Source: Pseudomonas aeruginosa PAO1 (GTDB lineage: Bacteria; Pseudomonadota; Gammaproteobacteria; Pseudomonadales; Pseudomonadaceae). Taken from it: DNA of 64,000 nucleotides. Shown piece by piece: positions 21,090 through 31,615 of this stretch (position 1 is its first letter; the number at the start of each line of letters is the position of its first letter). A program made the translations under genes and the position numbers. The stretch lies in the NCBI RefSeq assembly GCF_000006765.1, contig NC_002516.2. One strand, 5' to 3'. The notes beneath the pieces were generated by a model that saw only the letters and a list, made by a program, of their open reading frames with translations, was not told where the DNA came from and made no database searches.

Positions 21090-22001
21090 ATGAACGCCAT
21101 GCACAACGCTCCCGCCAGCGACCCGAGCCTGGTCTACCCGTCCCCGCTGAAGGAATTCTGGCAAGCCTTTACCCGGAACAAAGGTGCCGTCGGCGGCCTG
21201 CTGTTCATGCTGCTGATCGTGTTCTGCGCGCTGTTCGCCCCCTGGGTCGCGCCCTACGATCCGAGCGAACAATTCCGCGACTTCCTGCTGACCCCGCCGT
21301 CCTGGCTGGAGGGCGGCCAGGCGCGTTTCCTGCTCGGCACCGACGAACTGGGCCGCGACCTGCTCTCGCGGCTGATCCACGGCGCCCGCCTGTCGCTGCT
21401 GATCGGCCTGTCCTCGGTGGTGATCTCGCTGGTCCCCGGCATCCTCCTCGGCCTGCTCGCCGGCTTCTCGCCGAACCGTGCCGGGCCGCTGATCATGCGC
21501 CTGATGGACATCATGCTGGCGCTGCCGTCGCTGCTGCTGGCGGTGGCCATCGTGGCGATCCTCGGCCCAGGCCTGATCAACACCGTGATCGCCATCGCCA
21601 TCGTCTCGCTGCCGGCCTACGTGCGCCTGACCCGCGCCGCGGTGATGACCGAGCTAAACCGCGACTACGTCACCGCCTCGCGCCTGGCCGGCGCCGGCAC
21701 CCTGCGCCTGATGTTCGTCTGCGTACTGCCGAACTGCATGGCGCCGCTGATCGTCCAGGCCACCCTGAGCTTCTCTTCGGCGATCCTCGACGCCGCCGCC
21801 CTCGGCTTCCTCGGCCTCGGCGTGCAACCGCCGACCCCCGAGTGGGGCACCATGCTCGCCTCCGCCCGCGACTACATCGAGCGCGCCTGGTGGGTGGTCA
21901 GCCTGCCCGGCCTGACCATCCTGCTCAGCGTACTGGCGATCAACCTGATGGGCGACGGCCTGCGCGACGCCCTCGATCCGAAACTGAAGAACGCGGCATG
22001 A
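21090..22001 (+). CDS. dppC: Dipeptide ABC permease DppC (PA4504)
   Basis: ATG 21090 after GAGGAG, 303 aa; [24 protein letters not shown]. Confidence 0.94.
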   Translation: MNAMHNAPASDPSLVYPSPLKEFWQAFTRNKGAVGGLLFMLLIVFCALFAPWVAPYDPSEQFRDFLLTPPSWLEGGQARFLLGTDELGRDLLSRLIHGARLSLLIGLSSVVISLVPGILLGLLAGFSPNRAGPLIMRLMDIMLALPSLLLAVAIVAILGPGLINTVIAIAIVSLPAYVRLTRAAVMTELNRDYVTASRLAGAGTLRLMFVCVLPNCMAPLIVQATLSFSSAILDAAALGFLGLGVQPPTPEWGTMLASARDYIERAWWVVSLPGLTILLSVLAINLMGDGLRDALDPKLKNAA

Positions 22002-22053
22002 GGAGCACAACCATGAACAGCGCATCCGTATCCGCGCCACAGGAGACCGCCGC

Positions 22054-23028
22054 ATGAGCCTCCTCGATATCAAGAACCTCAGCGTACGCTTCGGCGACAC
22101 CACCGCCGTGCCCGTGGTCGACGGCCTCGACCTGAGCGTCGACAAGGGCGAGGTGCTGGCCATCGTCGGCGAGTCCGGCTCCGGCAAGTCGGTGACCATG
22201 ATGGCCCTGATGGGCCTGATCGACGCGCCCGGCTGGGTGTCCGCCGATCACCTGCGCTTCGACGGCCACGACATGCTCACCCTCAAGGGCCGCCAGCGCC
22301 GGCGTATCGTCGGCAAGGACATGGCGATGGTCTTCCAGGACCCGATGACCGCGCTCAACCCCAGCTACACCGTCGGCTACCAGATCGAGGAGGTTCTTCG
22401 CCTGCATCTCGGCCTGCGCGGCAAGGCCCTGCGCCAGCGCGCCCTGGAACTGCTCGAACGGGTCGAGATCCCGGCCGCCGCCAGCCGCCTCGACGCCTAC
22501 CCGCACCAACTCTCCGGCGGCATGAGCCAGCGCGTGGCGATCGCCATGGCCATCGCCGCCGAGCCCAAGCTGCTGATCGCCGACGAGCCGACCACCGCCC
22601 TCGACGTGACCATCCAGGCGCAGATCATGGAGCTGCTGCTGAACCTGCAGCGCGACCAGGACATGGCGCTGATCCTGATCACCCACGATCTCGCCGTGGT
22701 CGCCGAGACCGCCCAGCGCGTCTGCGTGATGTACGCCGGCGAAGCGGTGGAGATCGGCGGCGTGCCGGCGCTGTTCGACCGCCCGACCCATCCCTACACC
22801 GAGGCGCTGATCAAGGCGATCCCCGAGCACTGTGCCGGCGAAGCCCGTCTGGCCACCCTGCCCGGCATCGTTCCGGGGCGCTACGACCGCCCGCGCGGTT
22901 GCCTGCTGTCGCCACGCTGTCCCTATGCTCAGGAGCATTGCCGCCAGGAGCGGCCGGCCTTGGAGACGCACGAGCGCGGCGCGGTGCGCTGCTTCTATCC
23001 GTTGAACCTGCTGAACGAGGTGGCCTGA
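22054..23028 (+). CDS. dppD: Dipeptide ABC ATPase DppD (PA4505)
   Basis: 324 aa; [22 protein letters not shown]-terminal Cys cluster. Confidence 0.95.
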   Translation: MSLLDIKNLSVRFGDTTAVPVVDGLDLSVDKGEVLAIVGESGSGKSVTMMALMGLIDAPGWVSADHLRFDGHDMLTLKGRQRRRIVGKDMAMVFQDPMTALNPSYTVGYQIEEVLRLHLGLRGKALRQRALELLERVEIPAAASRLDAYPHQLSGGMSQRVAIAMAIAAEPKLLIADEPTTALDVTIQAQIMELLLNLQRDQDMALILITHDLAVVAETAQRVCVMYAGEAVEIGGVPALFDRPTHPYTEALIKAIPEHCAGEARLATLPGIVPGRYDRPRGCLLSPRCPYAQEHCRQERPALETHERGAVRCFYPLNLLNEVA

Positions 23029-23999
23029 TGGAAACCGTTCTGACCGCCCGTGATCTGACCCGTCACTACGAAGTCTCCCGCGGCCTGTTCAAGGGCCACG
23101 CCCAGGTGCGCGCGCTGAACGGCGTATCGTTCGAACTGGAAGCCGGCAAGACCCTCGCCGTGGTCGGCGAGTCCGGCTGCGGCAAGTCGACCCTGGCGCG
23201 CGCCCTGACCCTGATCGAGGAACCCACCTCCGGCTCGCTGAAAATCGCCGGGCAGGAGGTCAAGGGCGCCAGCAAGGACCAGCGCCGGCAGTTGCGCCGC
23301 GACGTGCAGATGGTCTTCCAGAACCCCTACGCCTCGCTCAATCCGCGACAGAAGATCGGCGACCAGTTGGCCGAGCCGCTGCTGATCAACACCGCGCTGT
23401 CGCGCGAGGAACGCCGCGAAAAGGTCCAGCAGATGATGCGCCAGGTCGGCCTGCGGCCGGAGCATTACCAGCGCTACCCGCACATGTTCTCCGGCGGCCA
23501 GCGCCAGCGCATCGCCCTGGCCCGGGCGATGATGCTGCAACCCAAGGTGCTGGTGGCGGACGAGCCGACCTCGGCCCTCGACGTGTCGATCCAGGCCCAG
23601 GTACTGAACCTGTTCATGGACCTGCAGCAGCAGTTCCGCACCGCCTACGTGTTCATCTCGCACAACCTGGCGGTGGTCCGCCACGTCGCCGACGACGTCC
23701 TGGTGATGTACCTCGGCCGACCGGCGGAGATGGGGCCAGCGGACAAGCTCTACGAGAACCCGCTGCATCCCTATACCCGTGCGCTGCTCTCGGCGACCCC
23801 GGCGATCCACCCGGACCCGACGAAGCCGAAGATCCGCATCCAGGGCGAACTGCCGAACCCGCTGAACCCGCCGGAGGGTTGCGCCTTCCACAAGCGCTGC
23901 CCCTACGCCACCGAGCGCTGCCGCAGCGAGGTGCCCGAGCTGCGCCTGCTCGACCAGCGCCAGGTGGCCTGCCACCACGCCGAGCAATTCCTCGGCTGA
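23028..23999 (+). CDS. dppF: Dipeptide ABC ATPase DppF (PA4506)
   Basis: ATG overlaps the dppD stop (TGATG), 323 aa; GESGCGKST, FSGGQRQR. Confidence 0.95.
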   Translation: METVLTARDLTRHYEVSRGLFKGHAQVRALNGVSFELEAGKTLAVVGESGCGKSTLARALTLIEEPTSGSLKIAGQEVKGASKDQRRQLRRDVQMVFQNPYASLNPRQKIGDQLAEPLLINTALSREERREKVQQMMRQVGLRPEHYQRYPHMFSGGQRQRIALARAMMLQPKVLVADEPTSALDVSIQAQVLNLFMDLQQQFRTAYVFISHNLAVVRHVADDVLVMYLGRPAEMGPADKLYENPLHPYTRALLSATPAIHPDPTKPKIRIQGELPNPLNPPEGCAFHKRCPYATERCRSEVPELRLLDQRQVACHHAEQFLG

Positions 24000-24031
24000 G
24001 CGCCACGGGGCGCTCGCCGCCCCGCAGCCCT

Positions 24032-24664
24032 TCAGAGCTGGCGCAGCAGCGCCAGCCTTACCCCGAACCCTATCAACAACCCACCGAAGCCCCACTGCTG
24101 CAGGCGCTGTGCCCGCGGCCGGGACGCCAGCCAGCGGCCCAGGCGGCCACCGGCCAGCGCATAGGCGCAGTCGAAGGCCAGGCCAACCAGAACCAGGACC
24201 GTACCGAGCGCGGCGAACTGGACGGCCAGCGAACCGGCCTCGGGACTGACGAACTGCGGCAGCAGCACCGAACAGAACAGCAGGGCCTTGGGGTTCAGCA
24301 GGTTGGTCAGGAGTCCGCGCAGCAAGGCCCGGCGGTCGGCGTGAGGGACCACCGGCGCGGAGCCCGCGTCGCTGGTCGGCAAGGCCAGTCCGCCACCGCG
24401 CAGCATCTGCAGGCCAAGCCAGGCGAGGTAGACGGCGCCGAGCAGACGCACCAGGTCGAAGGTCCAGGGAGCGGTACGGAACAGCAGCGCCAGCCCGGTC
24501 GCGGCCATCAGCACATGGCAGGCCCGAGCCAGGGCCAGGCCGAGGGCGGTGACCAGCGCCGCGCGACGGCCCTGCCGGGCGCCGGTCTGGAACAGCAGGA
24601 GCATGTCCGGTCCGGGGACCAGGTAAACCACCGCCAGGGCAATCAGGAAAGCGCTCGTGTCCAT
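24032..24664 (-). CDS. LysE/RhtB-family amino acid exporter (PA4507)
   Basis: 210 aa; PGPD, G..TNLLNPKA motifs. Confidence 0.9.
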   Translation of the reverse strand: MDTSAFLIALAVVYLVPGPDMLLLFQTGARQGRRAALVTALGLALARACHVLMAATGLALLFRTAPWTFDLVRLLGAVYLAWLGLQMLRGGGLALPTSDAGSAPVVPHADRRALLRGLLTNLLNPKALLFCSVLLPQFVSPEAGSLAVQFAALGTVLVLVGLAFDCAYALAGGRLGRWLASRPRAQRLQQWGFGGLLIGFGVRLALLRQL

Positions 24665-24805
24665 CGTATCGGCTCCAGGAAGGTGACCCGGATAACGATT
24701 CTATGCCCGCAAGGCAGGGCAGGTGCTTGCGTTTTCCACCAGCCAACCCATTCTATTTGGCAGTAAATTCCACTCTCCGAAGACTATCCATCCGAATATG
24801 CCAAG

Positions 24806-25279
24806 ATGAAACTCGACGCCTATGACCACCGCATACTCGCCGCCCTCCAGCGCGACGGCCGCCTGAGCAACGTCCAACTGGCCGAGGAGATCGGCCTCTC
24901 CCCGTCCCCATGCCTGCGCCGCGTGCGCCTGCTGGAAGAGGCCGGGGTGATTCGCGGCTACCAGGCCAGCATCGACCGCGACGAGGTCGGCCTCGGCCTC
25001 ACGGTGTTCGTCGGGATCAAGGTGGAGCGCCACCGCCAGGAGCAGGCCGAGGCCTTCCACCGTGCGGTGGTCGATCTCCCGGAGGTGATCTCGGTGCACC
25101 TCGTCTCCGGCGAGTCGGACTTCCTCCTGCAAGTGGTGGTCCCCGACCTGCGCGCCTACGAACGCCTGCTCAGCGAGACCCTGCTGCGCCTGCCCGGGGT
25201 CAGCGACATTCGCAGCAACTTCGCGATCAAGACGGTCAAGGCGCCCGCGCCGCTGCCGCTCGGCCACCTGGCCGGCTGA
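24806..25279 (+). CDS. Lrp/AsnC-family regulator (PA4508)
   Basis: 157 aa; D..IL..LQ.DGRLSN..LAE.IGLS.SPCLRRV. Divergent from the LysE gene. Confidence 0.92.
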   Translation: MKLDAYDHRILAALQRDGRLSNVQLAEEIGLSPSPCLRRVRLLEEAGVIRGYQASIDRDEVGLGLTVFVGIKVERHRQEQAEAFHRAVVDLPEVISVHLVSGESDFLLQVVVPDLRAYERLLSETLLRLPGVSDIRSNFAIKTVKAPAPLPLGHLAG

Positions 25280-25283
25280 GCGC

Positions 25284-26213
25284 TCAGCCGCGAAAGAAGC
25301 GGTAGAAGCGCAGCAGGTCGGCCTGCTGCGTCGCCAGGTCGCTCTCGACGAAGGTTACCTCGCTATGCGCGGGGCTTTGCGCCAGGCGCGAGAGGTCCAG
25401 TGGATGGACGAAGCCCAGCAGCGGATAGCCGCCCATGCTCTGGCGGTCGGCCATCAGCACGATGGGTTGGCCATCGGGAGGAACCTGGATTGCCCCCTCC
25501 ACCACACCCTGCGACCAGGCGCGCGATGCGCCCCGCAGCGGCTCGCCGGCCAGGCGGACGCCCATGCGATCGGACCGAGGGCTGATCCGCCAGGCGCTGG
25601 CGAAGAAGGCTCGCCGGCTGGCTGCGTCGAAGGCCGCCGCATCGCCGCCGAGCAGCACGCGCAAGGGCCGCTGCTGCCGGTAGTCCGGCTGGAAGCGCCA
25701 GGGCACGCTGGCGTCCCACGGGCACGCCGCTCCCGCTTCGACGCACGGCAGGCAATCGCCCTCCGCCAGGATCCGGCCATCGCCCCGTAGACCGCCGAGC
25801 CCATCGCGAACCTGGCAGGCGATGCTGCCCAGTACCGGCTTGGCCCGGAAACCGCCGGCGCAGGCCAGGTAGGCACGCTGCCCGGCTTCGGCGAAGCCCA
25901 GTTCGATGCGTTGCCCACGGCGAACCCGGAAGCGACTCCAGGGTAGGCATTCGCGACCGTCCACCGTCAGCGCCAGGCGCGCTCCGGTCAACGCCAGCCA
26001 GGTCGCCTCCACCGTGCACTCCAGCACCAAGCCGCCGAAAGCGATTTCCAGCAATGGCGCTCCCCAGGGATTGCCGAGCAGGCGATTGGCCCAGGCTGCC
26101 GCCTGGCGGTCCAGAGGGCCGCCCGGGGATACGCCGAGGTGCTGCCAGCCGCGCCGGCCGTCGTCCTGCAGCAGGCTCTGCGGACCCGCCTTGACGACCC
26201 GCAAACCATTCAT
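25284..26213 (-). CDS. pxpC: 5-oxoprolinase subunit C (allophanate hydrolase subunit 2 family; PA4509)
   Basis: ATG 26213 overlaps the pxpB stop, 309 aa; QD.GR, SDRMG, GAIQVPPDGQP, GGYP. Confidence 0.87.
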   Translation of the reverse strand: MNGLRVVKAGPQSLLQDDGRRGWQHLGVSPGGPLDRQAAAWANRLLGNPWGAPLLEIAFGGLVLECTVEATWLALTGARLALTVDGRECLPWSRFRVRRGQRIELGFAEAGQRAYLACAGGFRAKPVLGSIACQVRDGLGGLRGDGRILAEGDCLPCVEAGAACPWDASVPWRFQPDYRQQRPLRVLLGGDAAAFDAASRRAFFASAWRISPRSDRMGVRLAGEPLRGASRAWSQGVVEGAIQVPPDGQPIVLMADRQSMGGYPLLGFVHPLDLSRLAQSPAHSEVTFVESDLATQQADLLRFYRFFRG

Positions 26214-26887
26214 TCGCGCCCGCCCAGGTCGAGGAAAGCCTCGCGCCCGATGGCGACGAAGCGCACCCGGTCGCCCAGCGCCAGTGGGCACGGAGGAGTG
26301 GCGGCCGGATCGAAGGGACGCCACGGACTGCGTCCCAGCAGGTGCCAGCCGCCGGGCGAGGCCTGCGGATAGATCGCCGTCTGCGCCTCGGCAATGGCCA
26401 GGCTGCCGGCCGGTACACGCGCCCGCGGGGTGGCCCGCCGCGGCAGGACCAGGCGCGGATCGAGGCCGCCGAGGTAGGCGAATCCCGGAGCGAAACCGAT
26501 CGCGCCGACCCGGTATTCGGCCGCGCTGTGCAGTTCGATCACCCCTTCGCCAGTCAATCCGCAGGCAACCGCTACCGTCGCGAGGTCCTCGCCGGCGTAC
26601 CAGACGGGAATCTCGTGCAGGCGCCCGGCATCCTCGGCGGGACGCCAGGCGTGCCACTCCGCCAGCAGCGGACCCAGGCGTTCTTCCAGTATCTGCGAGG
26701 CGATGCGGTAGGGGTCGTAATGCAGCATCAGGGTGGTCCAGCCCGGCACCAGATCCCTGACGCCTTCGCCGAGCCCCTCGCGCAGACGTCTGGCCAGCTC
26801 GGCCAGGCGCACAGACAGGTCCACTTCGGGCTCTTCGGCGAGCGTCAGCAGCAGGGCTTCGGCACCAGCGGGTTCGATGCGGATCAC
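26210..26887 (-). CDS. pxpB: 5-oxoprolinase subunit B (PA4510)
   Basis: 225 aa; [27 protein letters not shown]. Confidence 0.88.
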   Translation of the reverse strand: MIRIEPAGAEALLLTLAEEPEVDLSVRLAELARRLREGLGEGVRDLVPGWTTLMLHYDPYRIASQILEERLGPLLAEWHAWRPAEDAGRLHEIPVWYAGEDLATVAVACGLTGEGVIELHSAAEYRVGAIGFAPGFAYLGGLDPRLVLPRRATPRARVPAGSLAIAEAQTAIYPQASPGGWHLLGRSPWRPFDPAATPPCPLALGDRVRFVAIGREAFLDLGGRE

Positions 26888-27639
26888 AGGCTGTCCAGGG
26901 CCGCGCGCAGGCGCCGGAGGACCGCGAGCGACTGCGGGTTATCGCCATGCACGCAAAGACTGTCGGCGGTCAGGCGCAGCGGGTTGCCGTCGTAGTCGGG
27001 GAAGGCTTCGCCGCGGGCGATGGCCAGGGCCTGTTCGATGATCCGCTGCGGATCGTGATGCACCGCGCCGCCAAGCCGCCGCGGCGCCAGCCGACCGTCC
27101 GGCAGGTAGGCGCGATCGGCGAAGGCCTCGAACAGCAGCGGCACGTCGGCCTCGTCGGCCAGTTCCAGCTCGCGGCCGTTGTCGGCCAGGGCCAGCACCA
27201 TCAGCGGCAGGCCCTTGCGATAGGCGGCGCAGGCGTCGAGCACGGCGCGCAGCAGCTCATCGTCGCCGACCAGGTCGTTGTACAGCGCGCCATGCGGCTT
27301 GACGTAGGCCACCTGGGTACCGAGGGAACGGCAGAAAGCGTCCAGCGCGCCGATCTGGTACAGCACCATGGCATGCACCTCTTCGGCAGAGCAGGCCAGC
27401 GAGCGCCGGCCGAAGCCGCTCAGGTCGGGATAGGCAGGGTGCGCGCCGATGCTCACGCCATGGCGTACCGCCAGCTCCACCGCGCGCCGCATGGTGAGCG
27501 GATCGCCAGCGTGGAAGCCGCAAGCCAGGTTGGCCTGGTCAACCAGCGGCATGCTGTGGACATCGTCGCCCATGCGCCAGGCGCCAAAGCTTTCGCCCAT
27601 GTCGCAGTTGAGCAGGATACGCCGGCCGGTGTCGTTCAT
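26884..27639 (-). CDS. pxpA: 5-oxoprolinase subunit A (LamB/YcsF family; PA4511)
   Basis: 251 aa; [35 protein letters not shown]. Confidence 0.92.
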   Translation of the reverse strand: MNDTGRRILLNCDMGESFGAWRMGDDVHSMPLVDQANLACGFHAGDPLTMRRAVELAVRHGVSIGAHPAYPDLSGFGRRSLACSAEEVHAMVLYQIGALDAFCRSLGTQVAYVKPHGALYNDLVGDDELLRAVLDACAAYRKGLPLMVLALADNGRELELADEADVPLLFEAFADRAYLPDGRLAPRRLGGAVHHDPQRIIEQALAIARGEAFPDYDGNPLRLTADSLCVHGDNPQSLAVLRRLRAALDSL

Positions 27640-27768
27640 TGTGCGTTCCTTTCGAGGCCAGGATTACGGAAAAATGAGCGCAGTGCTGGCGAATTAGCGT
27701 CAGGTAGCATACTCAGGCACTGAGAACAGGAGTAAATTCTCCTCTTTTGCACCGACGACCTTGCATTC

Positions 27769-28668
27769 ATGAAAGTTCTCATCCTGGCGGCCTATGCGCT
27801 GAGCATCCTCTATGTCCATTTTCGCGGCCGGGTACGCCACAAGCTGTCGCGCCAATTGAGCGACCACTCCAGCTTCCTCGCTCCGATCAACTGCCTGATG
27901 TACCTGTTCTCGAAGGTACCGAACCGCCCTTACCTGGCACCGCAGACCTTCCCCGAACTGCAGGTTCTGGTCGACAACTGGCAAGCCATCCGCAGCGAGG
28001 CGCTGCACCTGCACGACGCCGGCAACATCAAGCGTTCCGAACAGTACGACGATATCGGTTTCAACTCGTTCTTCAAGAGCGGCTGGAAGCGCTTCTACCT
28101 GAAATGGTACGACGAGGCCCATCCCTCCGCCGGACAACTCTGCCCGCAGACCACCGCCCTGTTGCGGCAGATTCCCTCGGTCAAGGCGGCGATGTTCGCC
28201 GAACTGCCGCCGGGCTCGAAGCTGGTGCGACACCGCGATCCCTACGCAGGCTCGCTGCGCTTCCACCTGGGACTGTTCACCCCCAACGACCCGGCCTGCT
28301 TCATCGAGGTGGACGGCGAGCGCTACCACTGGCGCGACGGCGAGGCGGTGGTGTTCGATGAAACCTTCATCCACTACGCGGAAAACGCCACCGAACACAA
28401 CCGCATCATTCTCTTCTGCGACATCGAGCGGCCGCTGACCCAGGGCTGGGCCACCGCCTTCAACCGCTGGTTCAGCCGCAACGTGATGGCTGCCGCGGCC
28501 GCCCCGAACAACGCAGGCGACCGGACCGGCGGACTCAATCGGATCTTCGACAGCCTCTACAAGATCCGCCTGCAGGGCAAACGTTTGAAGAAGCGCAACC
28601 GCAAGCTCTACTACCTGCAGAAATGGGGCTTCTTCGCCCTGGTACTGGCTTTCATCCTGTGGATCTGA
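27769..28668 (+). CDS. lpxO1: Lipid A 2-hydroxylase LpxO1 (PA4512)
   Basis: 299 aa; Asp/Asn beta-hydroxylase fold, HRDPYAGSLR, FDETFIH, TM at both ends. Confidence 0.9.
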   Translation: MKVLILAAYALSILYVHFRGRVRHKLSRQLSDHSSFLAPINCLMYLFSKVPNRPYLAPQTFPELQVLVDNWQAIRSEALHLHDAGNIKRSEQYDDIGFNSFFKSGWKRFYLKWYDEAHPSAGQLCPQTTALLRQIPSVKAAMFAELPPGSKLVRHRDPYAGSLRFHLGLFTPNDPACFIEVDGERYHWRDGEAVVFDETFIHYAENATEHNRIILFCDIERPLTQGWATAFNRWFSRNVMAAAAAPNNAGDRTGGLNRIFDSLYKIRLQGKRLKKRNRKLYYLQKWGFFALVLAFILWI

Positions 28669-28811
28669 GGCCCGGCGACGCAAGGCCCCGATAGCTCCGT
28701 GGGGCGCATGACGGCGTCATCCGCCGACACCCAGCCGAAATGGCGGATAACCGCTCTGCGGTTATTCGCCCTACGCCACGGAAAGCCCAGCAGTCCCGGC
28801 AGTTGGCAACG

Positions 28812-28836
28812 AAAAGGCTCCCTTGGGAGCCTTTTT
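28812..28836. terminator. Bidirectional terminator between lpxO1 and piuB
   Basis: AAAAGGCTCCC-tt-GGGAGCCTTTTT. Confidence 0.85.
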
Positions 28837-28847
28837 CATTCATCCGT

Positions 28848-31400
28848 TCAGTACACGTCGCGTCGGTAACGTCCTTCGTCGGCCAGGCGTTGCAAGGCCT
28901 CCTCACCGAGCACTTCGCGCAGCACCCGGTCGACACCGCCGGCCATGCCCTGCAGGCTGCCGCAGACGTACAAGGCCGCACCCTCGTCAATCCAGCGCCG
29001 CAGTTCATCCGCCGCTTCATGCAGGCGGTCCTGGACATAGATCTTCTCCGCCTGGTCGCGGGAGAAGGCCAGGTCCAGGCGTTGCAGCTCACCCCTGGCC
29101 AGGGCTTGCTCCAGCTCCGCACGACAGTAGTAGTCGTGGGCGAAATTGCGTTCGCCGAACAGCAGCCAGTTGCGCTTGCGCCCGGCGGCAATGCTGGCGC
29201 GCAACAGGCTGCGCAGGCCGGCGAGCCCGGTGCCGTTGCCGATGAGGATCAGCGGCACGTCATCTTCCGGCAGGTGGAAGCCCGCGTTGCGGCGCAGGCG
29301 CAGGGTCAGCGCGGCGCCGAGCGGCAGGTACTCGGTGAGCCAGCCGGAGCAGATGCCCAGGCTGCCGTCGGCATGCTGCTCCTGGCGTACGATCAGTTGC
29401 AGGTCGCCATCGCTCTGCAGCGACGCGATGGAGTACTGGCGCACGGAAAGCGGAATCAGCGCATCCAGCAGCGCCTGCGGGTGCAAGCCGACCAGGTGTT
29501 CGAAAGAGTCCGGCAGCAGGCGCCCAGCCAGGGCCTGCTCCAGGCTCTGCTCGACGCCCTCGACCGCCACCCGCGCCTGGCCGTCCAGGTTATGCCGCTG
29601 CAGCCATTCGCGGATGCGCACGGGCGCCTGGTGCGGGACGATCTCCAGCAGATCGCCGGCGCGCCATTGGATGGCGCTGTTGGCCGGCGCACGCAGGTCC
29701 AGCAGCCAGGTCGACTCGCCCTGGCTGCCAGGATTCAGGCACTCCCGCCGCGCTAGCGACCAGACCTCGAAGGCCGGCGCTTCCCAGGCCGCCGGGGCGG
29801 CACCGCCGGTCACCTCGGCCAGGCTTTCCTGCCATTGGCGCAGGGCCGCGGCGTCGCCATCATCGACCTCCACCGGGGCGAACAGGCTCCGCGCGCCCTG
29901 CCCCTGCAACCAGCCCTGCATGCGCCGGGCGAAGCCGCAGAACTGCTCGTACTGGCGATCTCCCAAGGCCAGCAGGGCGTAGCTCAGGCCATCGAGGCTG
30001 GCGGCCTGGCCAAGCACCTTGCGTTCGAAGCCGCGGGCGCTGTCCGGCGCCTCACCGTCGCCGAAGGTGCTGACCACGAACAGCGCCTTGCGCGCCTCGG
30101 CGAGTTGCCCGGCATCCAGGCGCGCCAGCGATTCGACCCGTACCGGCAACCCGGCCGCCTGCAACTGGCCGGCGCTCTGCCAGGCCAGTTGCTCGGCAAA
30201 ACCGCTCTGGCTGGCGTAGCCGATCAACCAGGGCTCGCCGCTGGCGCCGGCGCTGCCGCCCAGGTCGGCGCGGCTCGCCCGTACCGCGCGTTTCTTGCGC
30301 CGGCGGTCGAGGTAGAGCAGCCAGCCGGTGATGAAGAACAGCGGCATCGCCAGGCTGGCGAGCATCATCAGGATGCGTCCGGCCATGCCGAAATAGCTGC
30401 CTACGTGCAATGCATAGACGCTGGCCAGCAACTGGCTGCCGAAAGAACGGTCGCTATAGCGTTGGTCGCTTTTCACCTGGCCGTTGGCCGGGTCCAGGGT
30501 CAGGGTGTTGAAGGCACGCTCGTGCGGCGCGTCGGTCAGGCGATAGAACACTGTCGCCGGCTGGCCGCCCGCCGGCGGCAGGCGCAGGTTGTAGGCCTGC
30601 AAGCGGTCGCCGCCGGCCTGGCGGATGCTGTTCCATACCGCCGCGTAGTCGACCACCAGCGGAGCCGCATCGGCCGGGCGCTCGCCACGTCCGCCCGGCT
30701 TGCCGCGCTGCGCCTGCTGGCCGGCGGGCGCGTCGTCGAGCAGTTTGAACAGGCCGTTGCGGTACCACTCGTAGGACCAGTACAGGCCGGTCAGCGCAGC
30801 CAGCAGGTAGAGCGCCAGGCACCAGGTGCCGGCCACGGCATGCAGGTCCCAGTTGAAACTGCGGCCCTTGCGCGACCAGTCGAGGGTCAGCCAGGCGCGC
30901 CAGTCGAAAACCTTGCGCGGCCAGCGCAGGTAGAGACCGGACAGGCAGAAGAAGATCAGGATCAGGGTGCAGGCGGCGGTGACCTGCTTGCCGTACTCGC
31001 CCATGGCGAGGAACCGGTGCAGTTGCATCATTAGGTTGAAGAAACCCTCGCCGCGCGGCTCGCCGACGAAAGCCCCGGTGTAGGGATCAATCCAGCGCGA
31101 CTCGCCGCGGCGCTGTCCCGGCGGCGGGGTATAGAAGATCCGCCCGGCCTTGTCGCTGTCCATCTCGACCCAGACGAAGGCCACTTTCCGCCCCGGCTCG
31201 GCACCTTCGATACGGCGCACCAGTTCGTCCAGCGGCAGCACACCCTCGGGGCGCTTCTGCACCACCAGCACGTCAGGGTTGAGCGCGCGCATCAGTTCGT
31301 CCTGGAACGACAGGGTCGCTCCGGTGACGCCCATCAGCGCCAGCACCAGGCCAGCGCTGATGCCGAAGAACCAATGCAACTGGAACCAGACTTTCTTCAC
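28848..31400 (-). CDS. piuB: PepSY-TM / flavodoxin / FAD-NAD reductase fusion PiuB (PA4513)
   Basis: GTG 31400, 850 aa. N-terminal PepSY_TM (LHWFFG, LHRFL, LHVG) and CysJ-like C-terminus (SQSGFAE, GNGTGLA, YRRDVY). Confidence 0.9.
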   Translation of the reverse strand: MKKVWFQLHWFFGISAGLVLALMGVTGATLSFQDELMRALNPDVLVVQKRPEGVLPLDELVRRIEGAEPGRKVAFVWVEMDSDKAGRIFYTPPPGQRRGESRWIDPYTGAFVGEPRGEGFFNLMMQLHRFLAMGEYGKQVTAACTLILIFFCLSGLYLRWPRKVFDWRAWLTLDWSRKGRSFNWDLHAVAGTWCLALYLLAALTGLYWSYEWYRNGLFKLLDDAPAGQQAQRGKPGGRGERPADAAPLVVDYAAVWNSIRQAGGDRLQAYNLRLPPAGGQPATVFYRLTDAPHERAFNTLTLDPANGQVKSDQRYSDRSFGSQLLASVYALHVGSYFGMAGRILMMLASLAMPLFFITGWLLYLDRRRKKRAVRASRADLGGSAGASGEPWLIGYASQSGFAEQLAWQSAGQLQAAGLPVRVESLARLDAGQLAEARKALFVVSTFGDGEAPDSARGFERKVLGQAASLDGLSYALLALGDRQYEQFCGFARRMQGWLQGQGARSLFAPVEVDDGDAAALRQWQESLAEVTGGAAPAAWEAPAFEVWSLARRECLNPGSQGESTWLLDLRAPANSAIQWRAGDLLEIVPHQAPVRIREWLQRHNLDGQARVAVEGVEQSLEQALAGRLLPDSFEHLVGLHPQALLDALIPLSVRQYSIASLQSDGDLQLIVRQEQHADGSLGICSGWLTEYLPLGAALTLRLRRNAGFHLPEDDVPLILIGNGTGLAGLRSLLRASIAAGRKRNWLLFGERNFAHDYYCRAELEQALARGELQRLDLAFSRDQAEKIYVQDRLHEAADELRRWIDEGAALYVCGSLQGMAGGVDRVLREVLGEEALQRLADEGRYRRDVY

Positions 31401-31491
31401 AGGATCACCTTCACGGCCGCCGCGCGGCAACAACGGGACTACACCGACGCCAAGCGCCGGTCAGACGACACGAGGACGTCGGCGGGCAATT

Positions 31492-31510
31492 CTATTTGAT
31501 AATCAGTTGC
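31492..31510. promoter_or_regulatory. Fur-box-like site upstream of piuB
   Basis: CTATTTGATAATCAGTTGC, 11/19 match to GATAATGATAATCATTATC. Confidence 0.5.
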
Positions 31511-31561
31511 GATAAAGTCGAATTAACGTTCTTTACGCTCTATTTACCCACCTGGATGCGG

Positions 31562-31595
31562 GAAAGCCCCATCCCGCAGGGGGAATGGGGCTTTC
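31562..31595 (-). terminator. Hairpin after piuA
   Basis: GAAAGCCCCAT ... ATGGGGCTTTC, 11-bp stem. Confidence 0.6.
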
Positions 31596-31615
31596 GTGGG
31601 GAGCGAGAGCGGCAG

